A stretch of 64,000 nucleotides of DNA from NCBI GenBank assembly GCA_033763775.1, contig JANRJW010000004.1:8755-72754 (forward strand), given 5' to 3'. The notes under the pieces are model-generated. The model saw nothing but the letters and a program-made list of their open reading frames with translations. It was not told the origin of the DNA and made no database searches. The position numbers were made by a program, and so were the translations under genes. Of the stretch, positions 63,546-64,000 are shown in pieces. How positions within the stretch are numbered: the stretch's first letter is position 1; each line of letters begins with the position of its first letter. Origin of the DNA: Alphaproteobacteria bacterium. GTDB taxonomy: Bacteria; Pseudomonadota; Alphaproteobacteria; Rickettsiales; SXRF01.

Positions 63546-64000
63546 ATGCATAGCACAAACTCACTTCATCATCCAATCATCCAATCATCCTCTCACCTCG
63601 CTTCCGCCACCGGTGCTTCGTGGCAATTCACCGAGGCACCAGAGCACGACGTGCAGCAGATGATGCGCGTGCATGACCTGCCGGAAATTCTCGCGCGGAT
63701 TCTGGTTTCTCGCGGGGTGACCCTAGAGACGGCGCATGATTTCCTGCATCCCAGCTTGAAGGCTTCGCTGCCGGATCCCGCACATCTGCTGGATATGGAG
63801 GCGGCGGCGGAGCGTGTGGCGGCAGCGGTGCTGGCGGGGGAAACCATTGCCATCTGGGGCGATTATGATGTGGATGGCGCGACGTCCTCCGCGTTGCTGG
63901 TGCGCTATTTGCGTGCGCTGGGCAGCGAGCCATTGGTCTATATTCCGGATCGCATGAAGGAGGGTTATGGCCCTAATAGCGCTGGCCTGCTTTTGCTTAA
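63546..64000 (+). CDS. recJ: single-stranded-DNA-specific exonuclease RecJ, N-terminal part (runs off window)
   Basis: Absent from the ORF track because it has no stop in the window. Frame from the ATG at 63546 gives ...WQFTEAPEHDVQQMMRVHDLPEILARILVSRGV...LPDPAHLLDMEAAAERVAAAVLAGETIAIWGDYDVDGATSSALLVRYL...YIPDRMKEGYGPN. Confidence 0.9.
   Translation, partial: MHSTNSLHHPIIQSSSHLASATGASWQFTEAPEHDVQQMMRVHDLPEILARILVSRGVTLETAHDFLHPSLKASLPDPAHLLDMEAAAERVAAAVLAGETIAIWGDYDVDGATSSALLVRYLRALGSEPLVYIPDRMKEGYGPNSAGLLLL

Overview
The window reads as a moderately GC-rich alphaproteobacterial chromosome segment. This is inferred from gene order (ihfA-fabH-plsX-rpmF, hflKC-degP, serB/miaA, fliX/flgI, usg) and CtrA-type TTAA-N7-TTAA boxes. 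No rRNA, tRNA, CRISPR array, transposase or integrase was recognised by eye. Content: (1) 1-6.6 kb holds lipid genes (fabH, plsX, cfa), rpmF, and aromatic catabolism genes phhA and hppD. (2) 6.7-8.5 kb is a small accessory patch with a ParB-like nuclease-domain protein, a PAS-like membrane protein and a DUF465 protein. (3) 8.5-30.3 kb is a housekeeping block (mrp, hflKC, degP, serB, miaA, ilvBN, ilvC, leuA, mreBCD-mrdA) with three visibly AT-richer genes or cassettes sitting exactly at gene junctions. (4) 30.3-53.5 kb is a late flagellar cluster: dksA, fliX, flgI, flgJ-like, flgN-like, flgK, flgL, fliW, a TPR-methyltransferase, a fliB-like gene, fliC, flaG, fliD, fliS, fliK, flgD, flgE. (5) 53.6-64 kb holds usg, a Wzy_C/O-antigen-ligase-like protein, partial arginine-succinyltransferase-pathway genes, an SDR, a LOG protein, an O-methyltransferase and the 5' end of recJ. 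The most unusual content is the flagellar cluster. It encodes a 1166-aa flagellin, a 1113-aa hook protein and a 905-aa FlgK that all carry copies of one ~50-65 aa module in their variable middles. A duplicated FlgD Ig-like domain and a translationally coupled TPR-SAM-methyltransferase/FliB-like pair lie between fliW and fliC. Other notable items are a 735-aa Ham1(ITPase)-like/degenerate-LOG/LOG fusion next to miaA, a GIY-YIG cassette at the ilvB/ilvN junction that left a duplicated ilvB 3' end, and families of hairpin repeats. All functional calls come from reading the translated ORFs against remembered family motifs. No database search was possible.
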